Assembly: GCF_036365525.1 (NCBI RefSeq) | Contig: NC_090392.1 | Location: forward strand, 49,403,984 to 49,467,983 | From: Heterodontus francisci | Taxonomy: Eukaryota | Length of the DNA stretch: 64,000 bases | Reading direction: 5' to 3' | Part shown: piece after piece, positions 48,661-62,265 of the stretch | Position numbering within the stretch: position 1 is the stretch's first letter | How the letters are laid out: every line of letters begins with the position of its first letter | Made by a program: the position numbers and the translations under genes | Notes under the pieces: generated by a model | The model's database searches: none | What the model saw: the letters and a program-made list of their open reading frames with translations, nothing else | Told to the model about the DNA's origin: nothing

Positions 48661-50608
48661 GGCACAGTGATGCACTTTCAAGAATCAAGCAGAAAAATAC
48701 AAATACAATTTTTACAGAGATGTCTTAGAAAGTTACATACCAGTGCTGTCAGATATGGGATGCCTGACCACCTCCCCTCACCCTCTCACCAATGCTAACA
48801 TGCCTATGCCAAACCCTCCCTTCCAGCCAAGTATCAGGAATCCACCAATCCACCATCACATTCTGTTCCATTTCTCCCAATCTTCAAGCTCTTCCTCCAT
48901 AGTTTTGCCAAATCCCTGTGCAGTGATGCCAGACGAATGAATTCCCCAAGCCCACCAATACCTCGAGCCCCCTGCAGTGCTGGCAAACTGCAGAATCCAT
49001 TTCTGCCTTATTAATGGAAGTCCAGTCGAATGTGCTCTGAAGAAGTGAGCAAAGAGGATGATGGCTTTGAGAAGGACATTGGGAAATCCAACCCATTGCA
49101 GCTGGGAAGAGTTTGGGACTTTTAACTGCAAGGATACCTTTTCGAAGATAACATTGTGTAATGTATAAATGTGGTGTGGAGTTTTTGAGTGTGTTAATAA
49201 GTTAATGGGAAATACCTTTCTCTGTAATTTAATGTAGTAGCTACCTATTAAGTACTGTTTAGTTAATGTTGATTTTTAGTTTAGTTGTTATAGTAAAAGT
49301 CTTAAAACATGAAATCTTGCCATGTCATTCTTTAATGGTCATTGGGAAGATCATATCTCTTGTTTTGAAGTTAACAATCTCTATTAAAGTCATGACACCA
49401 GTATTTGCTTTCTACCTCCAGTCAGTGCATCATCTCGTTGTGTTTTGTTTTGTGGGTTGTGTATCCTGAACTATAATAAGGGCTAAAAATTAATACATAG
49501 CTTAAGGAATTACACATATATCGAAATAAAGACCACTGAATTTAGGTTTGCACAGAATAGTGGGCAATGTGATGGAATTCAATTAATTTGATCTCCAAGG
49601 CATTAATACAAATTCTAGAATATCATTTCATAAAAATAGAATTTGACTTATTCAGCAAATGTAAATCAACATCCCTAATATCTGCTATATTGGCACAAAC
49701 ACTACTGTTATAATACAGTAAATACCTTCTGAGTCACAGTGGAGGAGATCTGTTATATATGTGAATATATTGTTCACATCTCATATAAGTGGCCTTATAT
49801 TTAGGCTTTCAGTTAACTGCAGGAGCCATTATTCTGGCATGTCGGGCTGGAGCTAAGAGGCAGGGATGTTTTTAATTTTGGTAGAGTGTAAGCGCTCAGC
49901 TCTCGAGACAGGCTGTGATAGATGTCTTGTGTAATGTTATTCTTAACAATTACATAGGATTTGAAGAAAAGATAAACCTGAGAGCTGTGATTTGTGTTTG
50001 TTATTGAAGCTGTAAATCGAAAGAAGGAAAAACACTGAAGGAGATTTGTTTCCATCCTAACTAATGTTTTTGAGGTGAGATGCAAAAGCAAAGCTAGGGA
50101 TTTAATTTGGGATTGAAGTCATATACTTTACAATATATGTGCCTATAATTATTAACCATAACCTCCACCTCACTATGAGCAATGCCATGGGAGACTGACT
50201 GATAATTTTTTGAAATTTTAGAGTTGTGCCTGTCACGCTGTCACAAGTGCAAACTTCAACCTCACACTTACACAGAACTATATTAAAAAGAAAGCCCACA
50301 CTGACTCTTAATTGACCTGTGGATCTTCTCGGAATGATCAGGAACAGCAATTGATCCTTGCTGCAACAATTTTCCAAGCAGAAAGTTGGGGCAACATGGA
50401 TTCTCTCTCAGTAACTCCTCCCCTCACTCTGTCAGTCTCAGTAACTCCTCCCTCACAATATCAGTCTCGGTAAAATTTCCCCTCTCTCTGCCAGTCTCAA
50501 TATCCCTTTACTTGCTCAATGTCAGTAACTCCTCCCCTCACTCTGTCAGTCTTGGTAACTCCTCCCCTCACTCTGTCAGTCTCGGTAACAACTCCCTCAC
50601 ACTTTCAT

Positions 50609-51344
50609 GGCTGACTTTAATGCTCCCCCGCTCCCTCCCGCCCCACCTCGCTGTTGGGCTAGGAGGCAGGGAGGCTCATAGAATTGCGACAGAAGGAAGT
50701 GGGGGTGGAGGGCCTGTCGCTTTCTCATCGCACCACAATTATGTCGGGGGTGGGAAAGGTTGAAGACCGTCCAGAGGTCAACTGAGGCCCTTAAGTACTC
50801 AATTATTGGCCAGTTAAGGGCTTCTTCCCATCACCGCTGGATTTAAACAGAGGGGGCCTCCCCCATGCTGGGGGTTGCCCAGTAAAGCAAGGCAATCTCC
50901 CTGCAGGCTTGGGGGTGGGGGGGTGGTTGGTGGGGCTTACTCAACGGGCAATCTGTGGCCCATGGAAAGCTCCCACTGGCAAATGCTGCCCCTGCAGTAA
51001 TAACCGCCTCCTCACCCACACTCTTGCCTTCCCCCATCGCCAGGATCCGCCATTCTGACCCCGGGCAACCCCCCCTCACTTACCTCTTGTCTGGTGCTCC
51101 AATACTGGCCCTGGTCCCAGGCCTCCAGTAGTACCGGCAGTGGCTACCACTCCTAGTGACGCTGCTGATACAGATGAGCTACCAGCCCTCTGACTGGCTG
51201 GCAACTCTTGGCATTGGAATCCCTGTCTTTAAAAGGACAGGGACCATCGTGCCAGGGGGAAGAGCTCTGAAAAGGCTAGGTGGGGTCCCCCTTGTCTTTT
51301 TGGCCCAGCACCGGGACCCCTGCCAGCATGACTAAATCCAGCCC
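50609..51344. mobile_element. MITE-like element (probable Harbinger-derived)
   Basis: Termini ggctgacttt...aaatccagccc; interrupts the minisatellite; internal homology to 32569-33165 and 59715-60031. Confidence 0.65.
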
Positions 51345-51407
51345 TTGGTCTCAGTAATTCCTGCCCTCACAATGTCAGTCTCAGTAACTCCTCTGCTCAC
51401 ACACTCC

Positions 51408-52199
51408 GGACTGGATTTCGTTCTCCCCTCGGCGTCGAGTGCTGTGGCGGGTGTTGCGGCGGGGGAGGGGGGGGTGGTTCCTGAAGATGGCTCCAGGTGA
51501 GGTCTGCCACGAATCTCGACTTCAGGAGAACCTGGCCTGATCCTGCCGGTGGCAGCAAGGCCCTGGGGCGGCCTCTCTGCTGCTGGGCAACAGGGCCACA
51601 ATTTAAATATTCAAATGAATAAAATTATTACATTGAAATAAACCTACCTGCAATCTTGAGGGCCCGCCACGATCTTCAGCAGCGGCCGCACTCCTGTGCC
51701 TTCAGATCTGGCGGAGAGGGGGGGATGAGGTAGGTTTGTCAGTGGGGGCAAGGGGGGTGGTAAATGGGATCAAATACATGTAATGGGTGTAGGGGATAGT
51801 GGGAAGGGTGGAACCTTAAATTTTGTGCAGTTTGCGGGGGAAGGTCAGATGAAAAAGACAAGTGTTTTGGGGGGAAGGGCAAATAGTTATTGTAATTTAT
51901 TATTGGGGGGTTGGGAAAGGGGTGTTAGAAATTTATTTATTTAATTTTGGGGGGGGTAGTACTTTAAAAATGTAAATTGAGTGGCAGGGCTGGCTGCCCT
52001 TTAAAAATAGTGCCAGCACCTGTGCACAGGCAGCTGACACCATTGCTGGGGACAGACAGCCCACCCCCTCCACATGATTGGCAGGCCCCGACGATTTAAA
52101 TGCACCATCGCGCCTGAGGTTTGGCGGTTCTTTGGCGTGTGGCACACGTGGGCAGGGTGCCATTTTTTGAGTTCGCAGCAGGCTCTTAAAATCCAGCTC
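51408..52199. mobile_element. MITE-like element (probable Harbinger-derived, different interior)
   Basis: Termini ggactggattt...aaaatccagctc; interrupts the minisatellite. Confidence 0.65.
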
Positions 52200-53109
52200 A
52201 GTAGCTCTTCCCACACACTGAAATTGCAACTCCCTCATTGGGCATATTTACCCAAGAGCACAGTTGATGCCAACTGAAACCATGACATAGTTGGCTCTTC
52301 ATGGAACCATCAGTGAAGACTCAAAATCCCTGGCCTATAGCGTGAATGCAGCCTCAAACTGCTCTCAGCAACAATCTGATAACAAAGGAAAGCCTTTAAC
52401 TCAATTAATACACACAAAATCATAACCACTGATAAAGGCCTGTAAACTATGTACATCTGTGTGATGGATTAATTACCTAGCATACTGCTGTAATCAAGCC
52501 TGTTGAATAATGCACCCCATTTGGAGCTGCTTTTACCGGGAAATATGTATTTAATGTTGAAATTCAACAAGAAACAAGAAGACAGAGGAATGCTGTTCAA
52601 AGGAACATATTAGAAATGGGATTTTTCCAGCAAACAGCTGCTGGAGCTGGTGGGGAAATGGTTCAAATTTACTTCTCAAATGAGGTCTCGTTCAAGTCAC
52701 AAAAACTGTCCTTATTTCAGGATTTGTCCATTTGCAGTTTGCCACTGTTCAGTAAATATTGTCACCTTTTATGTTTTTTTAATCACTTTCTCAATCTCCT
52801 GTATGGTTTTCTTACACTGCACGGGGAAGGTTTGGGGCACTTGACCTCCTCTGTGGCTGCTGTTCTGTAAGCAGGCACAGTGGGTGGGGCAGGGGACGGT
52901 GGGGGAGCGAGCAGAGGCTGTGAGCATCCTCCCACCTGACACCCCTTTCTCATATTTGTCCCATTGATCTCTTGTGGAATCTGCTTGACTCCCAAGAATT
53001 GTTTAGTCAAGGTTGAGCCAGGAATTTACTCCACAAATCATGCAGGTCATTTGTTTTTTCTGATTTAATGTCAACTGGTATGGTTTTAGCATCCTCCTTT
53101 ACAAAGAGC

Positions 53110-53372
53110 TGCCCTTACCCGATCTGGCCTACATGTGACTCTGGTCCTGCATCAATGTGGTGACATGTAACTGCCCTCTGAAATGGCCTGGCAAGCCACT
53201 CAGTTGTATTATATTGTTGCAAAAATGGATATGCTTAACAGCATTGTGGGACTACCTTTAGCTCACGAATTGCAGTGGTTCAAGAAGGCAGCCCGCCACC
53301 ATCTTCTCAAGGGCAACTCGGGATGAACAATAATTGCCTGCCTTGCTATTGACGCCCACATCCCAAGAATCA
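53110..53372 (+). mobile_element. Second-family LINE/SINE 3' end
   Basis: tctggcctacatgtgactc...tgcagtggttcaagaaggcagcccgccaccatcttctcaagggcaac...gcccacatcccaagaat. Confidence 0.7.
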
Positions 53373-54027
53373 ATTTTTCCAAGTTAAATTGTATAAAGAA
53401 CAAACTTGCTGGATGAAAGGCTTCATCCATTCCTATTTCCTGAAGGTCTTCCTACATGTGTGATATTTGGTGATTTCTCTCAGGCCGTGGGAAAGCCGCA
53501 CCTCAGCTCCCAAACATTCCCTTCACATTTCCCACATGGGATGGTTTGCAAAATCCTGAATTTCCATTAAAGTTGTCTGGACATTCTCAGTCCTCGTAAG
53601 TGCAGCTCTGTCACTGTGGAAGATGGAAGCAGTATGTAATGTTTGGCAGGACCACTCCCCATCACTGTGCTGAAAAGTGGAGCCAATAAAGAGAATGGCT
53701 TTGCCAAATATCACTTCTGTTTTCCCAGTGCTCTTGTTTCTACTTAGATCACATTTGTTTGCTGCATTTTAAGGGGTGAAACAATGCAGATAGCTACATG
53801 TAGACATGGGGCTCTTCAGTTGAGAAAGCAAGACCGTACGTTTATGCAGCACCCCATAACGTTCTTATAGTGTCTCAAAGTGTTTCAAGCATTGAATCAG
53901 TTTTGAGTCTGTTATGTTTGCAAACACAACAGCCATATGCACACAGCAGAATCCCAGAGGCAACGAAGGAAAGATTTGGCATTTATATAACGTCATTCAG
54001 AATATCAAGCCATCCCGAATTGCTTTA

Positions 54028-54700
54028 CAGGTTACAGCATAGAAGGAGGCCATTCAGCCCATCATGCCTGTGCCAGCTCATTGCAAGAGCAATTTAGTTA
54101 ATCCCACACCCCTGTTCTATCCCCATAGCCCTCCAAATATTCTCTCTTCCAATTCCTTTTGAAAGCCACAATTGAATCTGCCTTCACCACACTGTCAGGC
54201 AGCACATTCCAGCTCCTAACCATTTGCTGGGTAAAAAAGGTTTTCCTCATGTTGCCGTTGATTCTTTTGCCAATCAACTTAAATCAGTGTCCTCTGGTTC
54301 TTGACCCTTCTGCCAATGGGAATGGTTTCTCTCTATTTACTCATGATTTTAAACACCTCTATCAAATATCCTCTTGATCTCTTTTCCAAGGAGAACAGCC
54401 CAGTTTCTCCAATCTATGCACAAAACTGAAGTATCCCATCCCTGGAACCCTCTGCACCCTCTCTAAAGCTTTAACATTCTTCCTAAAGTGTGGTGCCCAG
54501 AATTGGATACAATATTCCAGTAGAGGCTGAGCCAGTGTTTTATACAGGTTTATTATAACTTCCTTGTTTTTGTACTCCATGCCTCTATGTATAAAGCCCA
54601 GGATCCCATTAGCCTTATTACCCGCTTTCACATCCTGTTCTGCCACCTTCAACGAATTGTGCTCATAGACCTCCAGATCCCTCTGCTCCTGCACCCCCTT
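54028..54700 (-). mobile_element. CR1 LINE 3' fragment
   Basis: EQRDLEVYEH...LYKTLAQPLLEYCIQFWAPHFRKNVKALERVQR. Confidence 0.88.
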
Positions 54701-54702
54701 TA

Positions 54703-55205
54703 GAAATGACCAGGACACCAGAAAGAATCTCAACTCTTCTTTGAATAGTGCCATGGGAGAGAGCAAACAAGATCTCAGTTTAATATCTCATCTGAAAGAC
54801 AGCACCTCTGACAGGGTAGCACTCCCTCACCACCGTACTGGAGTGTTAGCCTCGAATTTATTCTTAACCCTCTTGAGTGGGACTTAAACTCATAGCTTTC
54901 TGGTGCAGAGGCAAGGGTGTTACCAACTGAGCCACAGCAAACACCACAAATGACAAGTTAATCTGTGTTTGGGTGATGTTGGTTATGTGCAGAATGTTGG
55001 TCAGGACCTCTCCCTGCTTTTGTGGAAATTGTGCCCTAGATTCTGCAACACCCACCTGAATATTCAGGCAGGGCCTCAGTTTAACATCTCAGCAAAAAGA
55101 CGGCGGCTCCAATTCTGAGACTGTACCCCTCCTTCAGCATGGCACTCAAGTTGTCAGTCTGGATTGTGTGATCAAATCATGGAGTGAGGCTTGAACCCAC
55201 AACTT
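54703..55205 (-). mobile_element. Two adjacent DeuSINE fragments
   Basis: gaatagtgccatggg...tctcatctgaaagacagcacctctgacag..gcactccctca, repeated in degenerate form at 55030-55200. Confidence 0.7.
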
Positions 55206-56819
55206 CCACCACTGTTTGCAGGAGGCGGACATGGAAGGAGTGGCCAGCAGGAGTCATGCCAGGGCCAGGAATGCCTGGTGGAACTTTGAGGCAGTGTTAG
55301 GCCTGATTTCAAACACGATCATGGTAGAAACTTCCCCCCATGATGTCTGTGAAGAGTTGAATGAAACAAGATTTTCACTGAAGGATCTCAAGATATATCT
55401 GATCAGTTATTGCACCGAAGAGGACTGTGGCTTGCAATTGAAAGGAAGTTGATGTCTTTAGAGTGTAATCATTAGCAACAATGGAAAGGCAATGGATGAT
55501 GAGTAGAGGAGATCATGCTAGGAGGAGTAGAGTTGGGAGAGAGGACAAAGTGCTGGGTGAAATGTCTTTTTGCAATTACAAGATGATGAAGCTGATCCAA
55601 TCATTTGTACCATTTATCTTCTCAGTTTATGCCTCTAAGGTTTGGTCTCCAACTCTCCCTTTCTTCTAATATCTTGATTCTTTACTGAGGAATCCTCACT
55701 CCATTCATTCATCTTATGTCGATTATTCATTAAAAAAAATGCATCACATAACACAAATTTCCTGACTGCTTGTTTTTCTTCCCATCAACAGTGTAATTTT
55801 CTAAGTAATTTGGTCTGATACTGCATTTTCCAATATAGGAATCTGGAGGCAGAAATCACAGCAAGACATGATTGTACTGGATTTGTTCGACGGTTCCCAG
55901 TGATATGCATTCAACAAGCATAAAGTTGATTCACCCCCTGCTGAGCTGCCTGCTGGGCCAGTCGCTCAGATATCCATCAATAAAAAGATTCCATTTGGAA
56001 CAGAGCATGGTTTGGGCCTCCTTAATAAAGCTGCCCTGAATTTAAACCATGGCTGAATGCCTAATGTTATTGGGGTCGTCATCTGGTCCTACTTTCTTGT
56101 AATCATCTGCTCTCTTGTGATTCCAGGTCCTGGCATCCTTCTGCGACTGTTTGGGAAAGAAAGGCTGGGGGGATGCAAGGATTCAGATTGCTCCCAAAAT
56201 GTTAGCAGCATCTTTTCCTGAGTATTCCATCAATTCTGTTTCAATCGAATGCAACGTGAAATGCTAAACTGGCTTTACCCTATAAATTGGCCGGTTAGGG
56301 TTTCATACAAAGGGAATAGTTAAAATGAAAGCTCGATGCCCCATTGAGAGTATCCTTATCACCTGGTATGAAGACATTGTGATCCCTCAGAAGGTATTAA
56401 TCATCTCTGTCCCTCCATTCAAGCTCTGAAGAAACGTAGAGATTGAGTTATAAAATTCAGGTTTTATTTCCTGTTCTTCTAAAGGGATTTCCTGTCCATT
56501 TCTTTATTGGGTCCCTCCTCCTTTTCAGTAGAAAAAATGCCACATTAGCTCTGGGGAATAATATACTTCATTAATGAGCAGAACCACGCTCATCTCACCG
56601 ATGACGAAGTCACAACTGCATTATTGTTTCCTGGAAAGAGCTTTGGGATATCCTGAGCTGGTGAAAGGCGCTACATAAATGCAAGTTCTTTCTTTATGTC
56701 TTGTCAGGTCTGGGAACTATTTAAATGTGATGACCTCACAGTTTGTTAACCAAGTACCAGTTTACCCTGAAATTCCCCGGGGACAGTGAAGTTATTGATT
56801 TCTGAGACGGTCTGAGTGA

Positions 56820-57065
56820 CAACAAATACTGTGGCTGCTGGAAATCTGAAATAAAAACAGGAAATGCCGGATATACTCAGCAGATCAGGCAGCATCTGTG
56901 AAGACAGAAACAGAGTTAATGCTTCAAGACTGTGACCATTTGTCAGAACTGGGAAAAGTTAGAGATGTAACAGATTTTAAGAAAATTCAGGTGTAGGAAA
57001 AGGGGGAGGGGAGGAAAGTGCAAAAGGGAAAGTCTGTGATAGGGTGGAAGACAGGAGAGATTAAA
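56820..57065 (-). mobile_element. Penelope-like terminal fragment
   Basis: gctggaaatctgaaataaaaacag...actcagcagatcaggcagcatctgtg...cagagttaa; reverse-complement homologue of 18279-18370. Confidence 0.75.
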
Positions 57066-57819
57066 CTGATAACAAAACCATTACCTGAGCAATACCAAAA
57101 TCATTTTCCATAACCACTTGTTAGGCTTTAACCAAGTGCAAAAGATATGTTTAATTCCCTCAGGACATCTCAAAGCCATTCACAGCCAATGAGATTGTGA
57201 AAGACGCCTTATAAATACAAGTTTTTTTTTGACTGGAACTGCACCTGACCTATACCATCTTACATCTTCCACAATTTGGAGTGAGAATTTTTGAATTCAG
57301 TCAAAGCTTCTGGGAGTGAAACAAAAATTCCCAGGCTGCTCACCTTGCATTAAACCATTTGCTTTTTCCCATCCGACTGCTTGTAACATTAATCTGAGAA
57401 AACCAGACCCCAGCTGAAGATTGAAACCATCTTTAGCTTTGATATACACCGACTCCTGTAGTGTTATAACTTAGAATGCCTGTTTACGTTCCATTAACTG
57501 GAATCAGATGGTGAAAATCAACCACTTCAGTTACTCACTGTAAATGATCCTACAGCCAAAGTAGCCTCCGTCTTTCACTCGGAGTGTTATAATTACAGCC
57601 ACTTTGCGTTAAAATGACAGCAGCCATTTACAACAATTGAGTTCAAGAGGTTTGGGATTAAGTGCACATTTTCACACCAGCTAGTCCAAATCTCCGGGGA
57701 AAGAGGAGCAGGTCACAGACTAGTCAATATTAATACAGTGATCGGAAAGGGCTGCATTGAGTTAGCTGATCTCACGCACAGGACCAGCGGAGATGGCTCA
57801 ATCGGCTTCAACACCTCTG

Positions 57820-60031
57820 GTTGGTGTGTGGAAGAAACCTATGGCTCTCATCAAGAAGGCATGCTTGGGGGTAGCTCAGGAGGTGAGCAGCAGGAGCATT
57901 TTGCCCTCGTCTTGGATGCAATGTTGGATGAGGCTTAATGATGTAGCCCGGTCAGGTAAAGAAAGTACATTTGCTGTTTCAGCTACATCCTGTGGTTTAA
58001 GCATCTCCCCTTCACCCTATCTTTCTAAGTGCCCTCCATTACATTGCTCCTCATGCCCACTCAGTGTTCGGCAGCACCCAGCCTTCACTTTCTCTTCACT
58101 TCATCACCTCCCCATTTATCTTTCCACCATTGCCACTCACCCTAATCCTTATGCTGTGTGATGCATGTGTCTAATAGTCACCCTCACCGAATGCATGTAT
58201 CCTTTGGATGAATACTTAACCTTCACTCACTCATGGGTCTGTTTCTTCACCCCTTGTTGGAGAAGACAGCACAAAACACAAAGGAGAGGGCAAGGACTGC
58301 AGGTAGGCAACCACAAATAGCACAGTTCACAGAGGAGGACTCACTGGAGATAAATGGCACATCTGCATCCCTCTCACTCGGAATTGGAGAGACAGGGCAG
58401 ATAGCTGGTGACAAAACAAAAGCTGACTATTTCATCATTGACTGAGCTATGAGCAAATTGCGTATGGTGATTGTCAAGATTGTGACTTTGCCATGACTAA
58501 ATCATATCCCTCCCTTTTGTCTTCCACAGCCATCACAGTTACACCTGGTGTTGCAGGACATCCATGGGAGTGATTTCTCAGAGGCCCTTATTCCTTCTGA
58601 GGGTGCACTGTCTCAGGACCTACAGCCATGCACCAGCACAGATACTCACACTTCAGTGGTTCCTGTTCGACTGCTAATTGGATTTTTACCTGGTGTTTCA
58701 CACCAGTGAGCATGAGCAGACACTAATGGCAGGGTCAGCTGTGGAAATTCTAATCCGAGGACATAATCCTCGCTAACCTCTGCTCAGCTGGAAACAGATG
58801 CTAAACCCCAGGGGCTATTGTTGAGAAGGAGGTGCATCCGCAATTTAGCCAGGTGCTGATAGCCGTGCCTCACACACTCTCCACAGTAGCAGAGAGGATG
58901 GAGGTGTCCATTTCATCGTTAATGGATTGATAGTGCAGGGAATTGCGCGAATGTCTGTCGTGGAGAGTTCGCCTCCGTGGAGCTTCAAGCATGGCTGTCA
59001 GATGATTCCATGCCGGCCATGACCAGGGCCATGCAGAATTTGGATGCCAACATGTGTGCCACCTTAAAAAGGATGAGAGATACCTTATCCATAGCTTTAC
59101 AATGTGCAACTGATCATTACCAAGCTGCTGTCCTGCACAGTGTGAGGAGTGCTGTGGCACTGGCCCAGGAAAGGGATGATGGCAAATGGGGACATGGAAG
59201 TGGGAACTCCACCTATTTCTCCTCCCTCAGCCAGTACCTGAAATGTTGCCTTGTCTCATGATGGCCAAGTCCACCTCTGGTGCAGGTGGAGCAGTCTTTG
59301 GTGGGGCCCTCAGGCCAAGAGGACCTCAGCTGTCAGGGCAGGGATCTGAGCATGCTGTATCTCCCTCTGCTGAAGCCACAAGGGATGCACCACATAGACG
59401 CAATAGGAAGTATAAGTTGAAGAAATTTTATGTCACCAAGGGTAAGCACATGGGTGTGGACAAAATGTTACGTTGTTTAGTTTCTTTTTTTATAATAGCA
59501 CATAAAATTTAATGATTTTTGCATGACTTTCCACATCTTGCGTATTATTGCGTCCTGAGGGCCAATTCACTCTTTTACTTGTTTCATGATGAATGTCAAT
59601 ACATGATGGGACCCACTGGGTGGAAAAACCTCAACTCCATGGCACGCCTTCCCCCTGGACTCCACGCATCCCCCCTTGCCGGGGCCTTCTGGACTGGCCC
59701 CAGTGACCCCGCCTCACTTACCTGAGGTCCAGGTCTCCAGCATTGGGCCTGGGTCCAAGGCCTCTGCAGTACCAGCAGTGACCAGTGGCCTTGTGGTGCT
59801 GCCGATACTACTGAGTTGAAAGCCCTGTGATTGGCCTGCAACTCTTGGAGGCAGAACCCCATCTTTAAAGGGACGGGGATCCCGGTATAGGATACTTAGG
59901 CAGCAAAACAATGGAGGATTGCTCTGGGGTGATTGGGGGGGTGGGGGGACAGCACGAAAAGGCTGAGGTGGGGTTCTCCTGCCTTTACAGCCCGGCACCA
60001 GGAGCCCCGCCTCCTCCACAAAATCCAGCCC
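57820..60031 (+). mobile_element. Decayed PIF/Harbinger-like element carrying a spliced Myb/SANT-like gene remnant
   Basis: KKACLGVAQEVSSRS...WMQCWMRLND then EKTAQNTKERARTAGRQP (Myb/SANT-type W..VA..V / W.QC..R..D and R..TGGG-like motifs); acceptor ttttgtcttccacag at ~58529; right terminus aaaatccagccc shared with the MITEs. Confidence 0.55.
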
Positions 60032-61372
60032 GTAGAGTCAGTGGACGGGTGGCAGAATGGATAGCAAGCTGGCTACAAAACAGAACACAGAGAGCAGGGG
60101 CTGGTTACTCAGATTGGCAAATGTTGGAAAGTGGTGTTCCCCAGGGATCGGAGCCGGGACAACTGTTGATCACAATTTACATCAACGATTTGGACTCAGG
60201 AATTGGAAGTACAATTTCAAAATTTGCGGATTACACTACTTGGAGGATGCAGTTAATAGAGGAGAACTGCGACAAAGTAGAGGAAGACATTAATAAATTG
60301 TAGAATGGGCCTGTAATTGGCAAATGAACTTCAATATAGATAAGTGTGAGGTACCACATCTTGGTAGGAAGAATGAGGAGGCCACATACTCTTTGGAAAA
60401 TTAAGTGTTTAAATTGGATGGAGGAACCAAGGGATCGGGGGTCAAATACACAGATCACTGAAAGTAGCAATGCTGATTAATAAGGCCATAAAAAAGCAAA
60501 CAAAGCATTGGGGAATAATTTCTAGAGGAATAAAATTGCAAAGCAGAGATGTTATGTCAAATTCGTATAGAAAAATGGTTAGACCACAGTTGGACTACTG
60601 TGACAAGTTTTGGTCTCCATATTAAAAAAAGGATATTGAAGCCCTGGTGAAGGTGCAAAAAAGATTTACTAGAATGATAACAGAACTGAGAGATTATACC
60701 TATCAGGAAAGATTGAACAGGGTGAGGGTTTCTACTGTTGTTAAAAAAGAGTGAAGGGTGACCTACTCGAAGTCTTCAAGATCATGAAAGAGTTTGATAG
60801 GGTAAACGTAGAGAAGATATATCCACTTGTAGGTGGGACCAAAACTAGGGGACATAATATAATCAGTGTTGTGGGACGACCTTAATAATGGAGCACCTTA
60901 AGAGCTGTAAATGAAGATCACCAGAGGAAGTGATGTCATGTTACACATGACCAGTTAGTTGTGGGTGGAGCCCAACAGTGCAAGACATGCTTTGGCATGG
61001 CTCGTGCAATAGCTGTATGTATATATATGTTCCAGTTAAAGCATAATAAAACCCATGTTTTCTTTGGATATTACTTGTAGTCCTGTGAGCCTTACAATAG
61101 ATCACACACCAAAGGGACAAGTAATATTACAGTCAGTAATAAATCCAATTGGGAATTCAGGAGAAACTCTTTACCCAGAGAATGTGGAATGCACTACCAC
61201 AAGGAGTAGCTGAGGTGAGCAAAATAGATGCCTTTAAGGGGGAAGCTAGATAAACACATGAGGGAGAAAGGAATAGAAGGATATGGTGATGAGGTTAGCT
61301 GAAGAGGGATGGGAGGAGACTCATGTGGATATGTTGGGCCAAATGGCCTGTTTCTGTGCTGTAAATACTCTG
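60032..61372 (+). mobile_element. Decayed CR1 LINE interrupted by a solo LTR
   Basis: SGVPQGS..G.LLITIYINDLD, KFADYT, VRPQLDYC..FWSP; tail gggccaaatggcctgtttctgtgctgtaa. Confidence 0.9.
60867..61131 (+). mobile_element. Solo LTR, 265 bp
   Basis: TGTTGT...ATTACA termini; 5-bp TSD atcag/gtcag (1 mismatch); TATA-like tatatat then AATAAA; interrupts CR1. Confidence 0.8.
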
Positions 61373-62265
61373 TAACAATTTGTAATTTGTTTAACATTTT
61401 CGCCTGATAAAGTTCTCTTTTAAAGGGAAGGAACTTTTTGGAACAGGAGAAATGATTAAAAGACCTGTGTTATGCACCTGCAGTGAGTGCACGACACTGA
61501 AGGTCGATGTGTCCCCATGGAGTGCAGAGTTCACATTCCCCACTCCCAGCTCTAGCCTGATGAATAAATCACACCCTGTCCAGTCTCTTCACAGTCCAGG
61601 GCTTACACAGAGCAATAACTCCCCCGTAACTACACAAACAATGGGGTCAGCAAGGCTCAGAGGAAATGTGGAGACAAGTAACATTTAGCCGACAAAGAGC
61701 AATGTAAGGGAGTTCATGGCGAGGGTGTAATTCAATAAATAAATTGAAGGGAACAATAACAAATCATAGTGCTAATTAATAATCTCAGTAGGGTGAATTC
61801 AGCACTCCCAATGGGCCAATGACAAAAGGAGTACAGGTCGGAGGATCAGGGCTATACTGAGACACAATCCTTCTGAGCACAGGTCTCTACAAGGACTGCA
61901 GAAGTGCGAAACAGACCTCAGTGTCTATATAACCTCAAGATTCAGGGCATTCATAAAACTACTGGATTCAGCTCAGATTACACTTATTGTGTGACTGAGG
62001 CCTCCAAAGCATGGTACAAAGTCTTCAATAGGCCAGTCACTAGGACAAGAGGTTGGGGGCAGGGCTGAGAGGTCATTGAGACAGTTCCAGGCTTTCACTT
62101 CCCCATTACCAAAACTGATTATTGAATGGGTACATTCCCAACTGCTTTTGAATGTGTTTTTCCCCTCCTTTTTTAGTGAAATTTTGGTCCCTAGATTCCA
62201 CAGAGTTGCAGGGTCAATGCGAGATTGCTTTGTTTGCAGAGGGTTGGTGGGTAGAGATGACATGT

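Larger units (their letters stand above)
50405..52220. repeat. ~30-bp minisatellite (TCAGTAACTCCTCCCCTCACTCTGTCAGTC) split by two MITE-like insertions
   Basis: Units at 50408-50605, 51347-51405 and ~52198-52220. Confidence 0.75.

Noticed and set aside
48930-49470. Possible decayed Gypsy/ERV LTR
   Set aside because: No definable TG...CA boundaries, TSD or second copy in the window
61562-61737. Short inverted repeat (aatcacaccct...agggtgtaatt)
   Set aside because: Arms too short and imperfect to exclude chance
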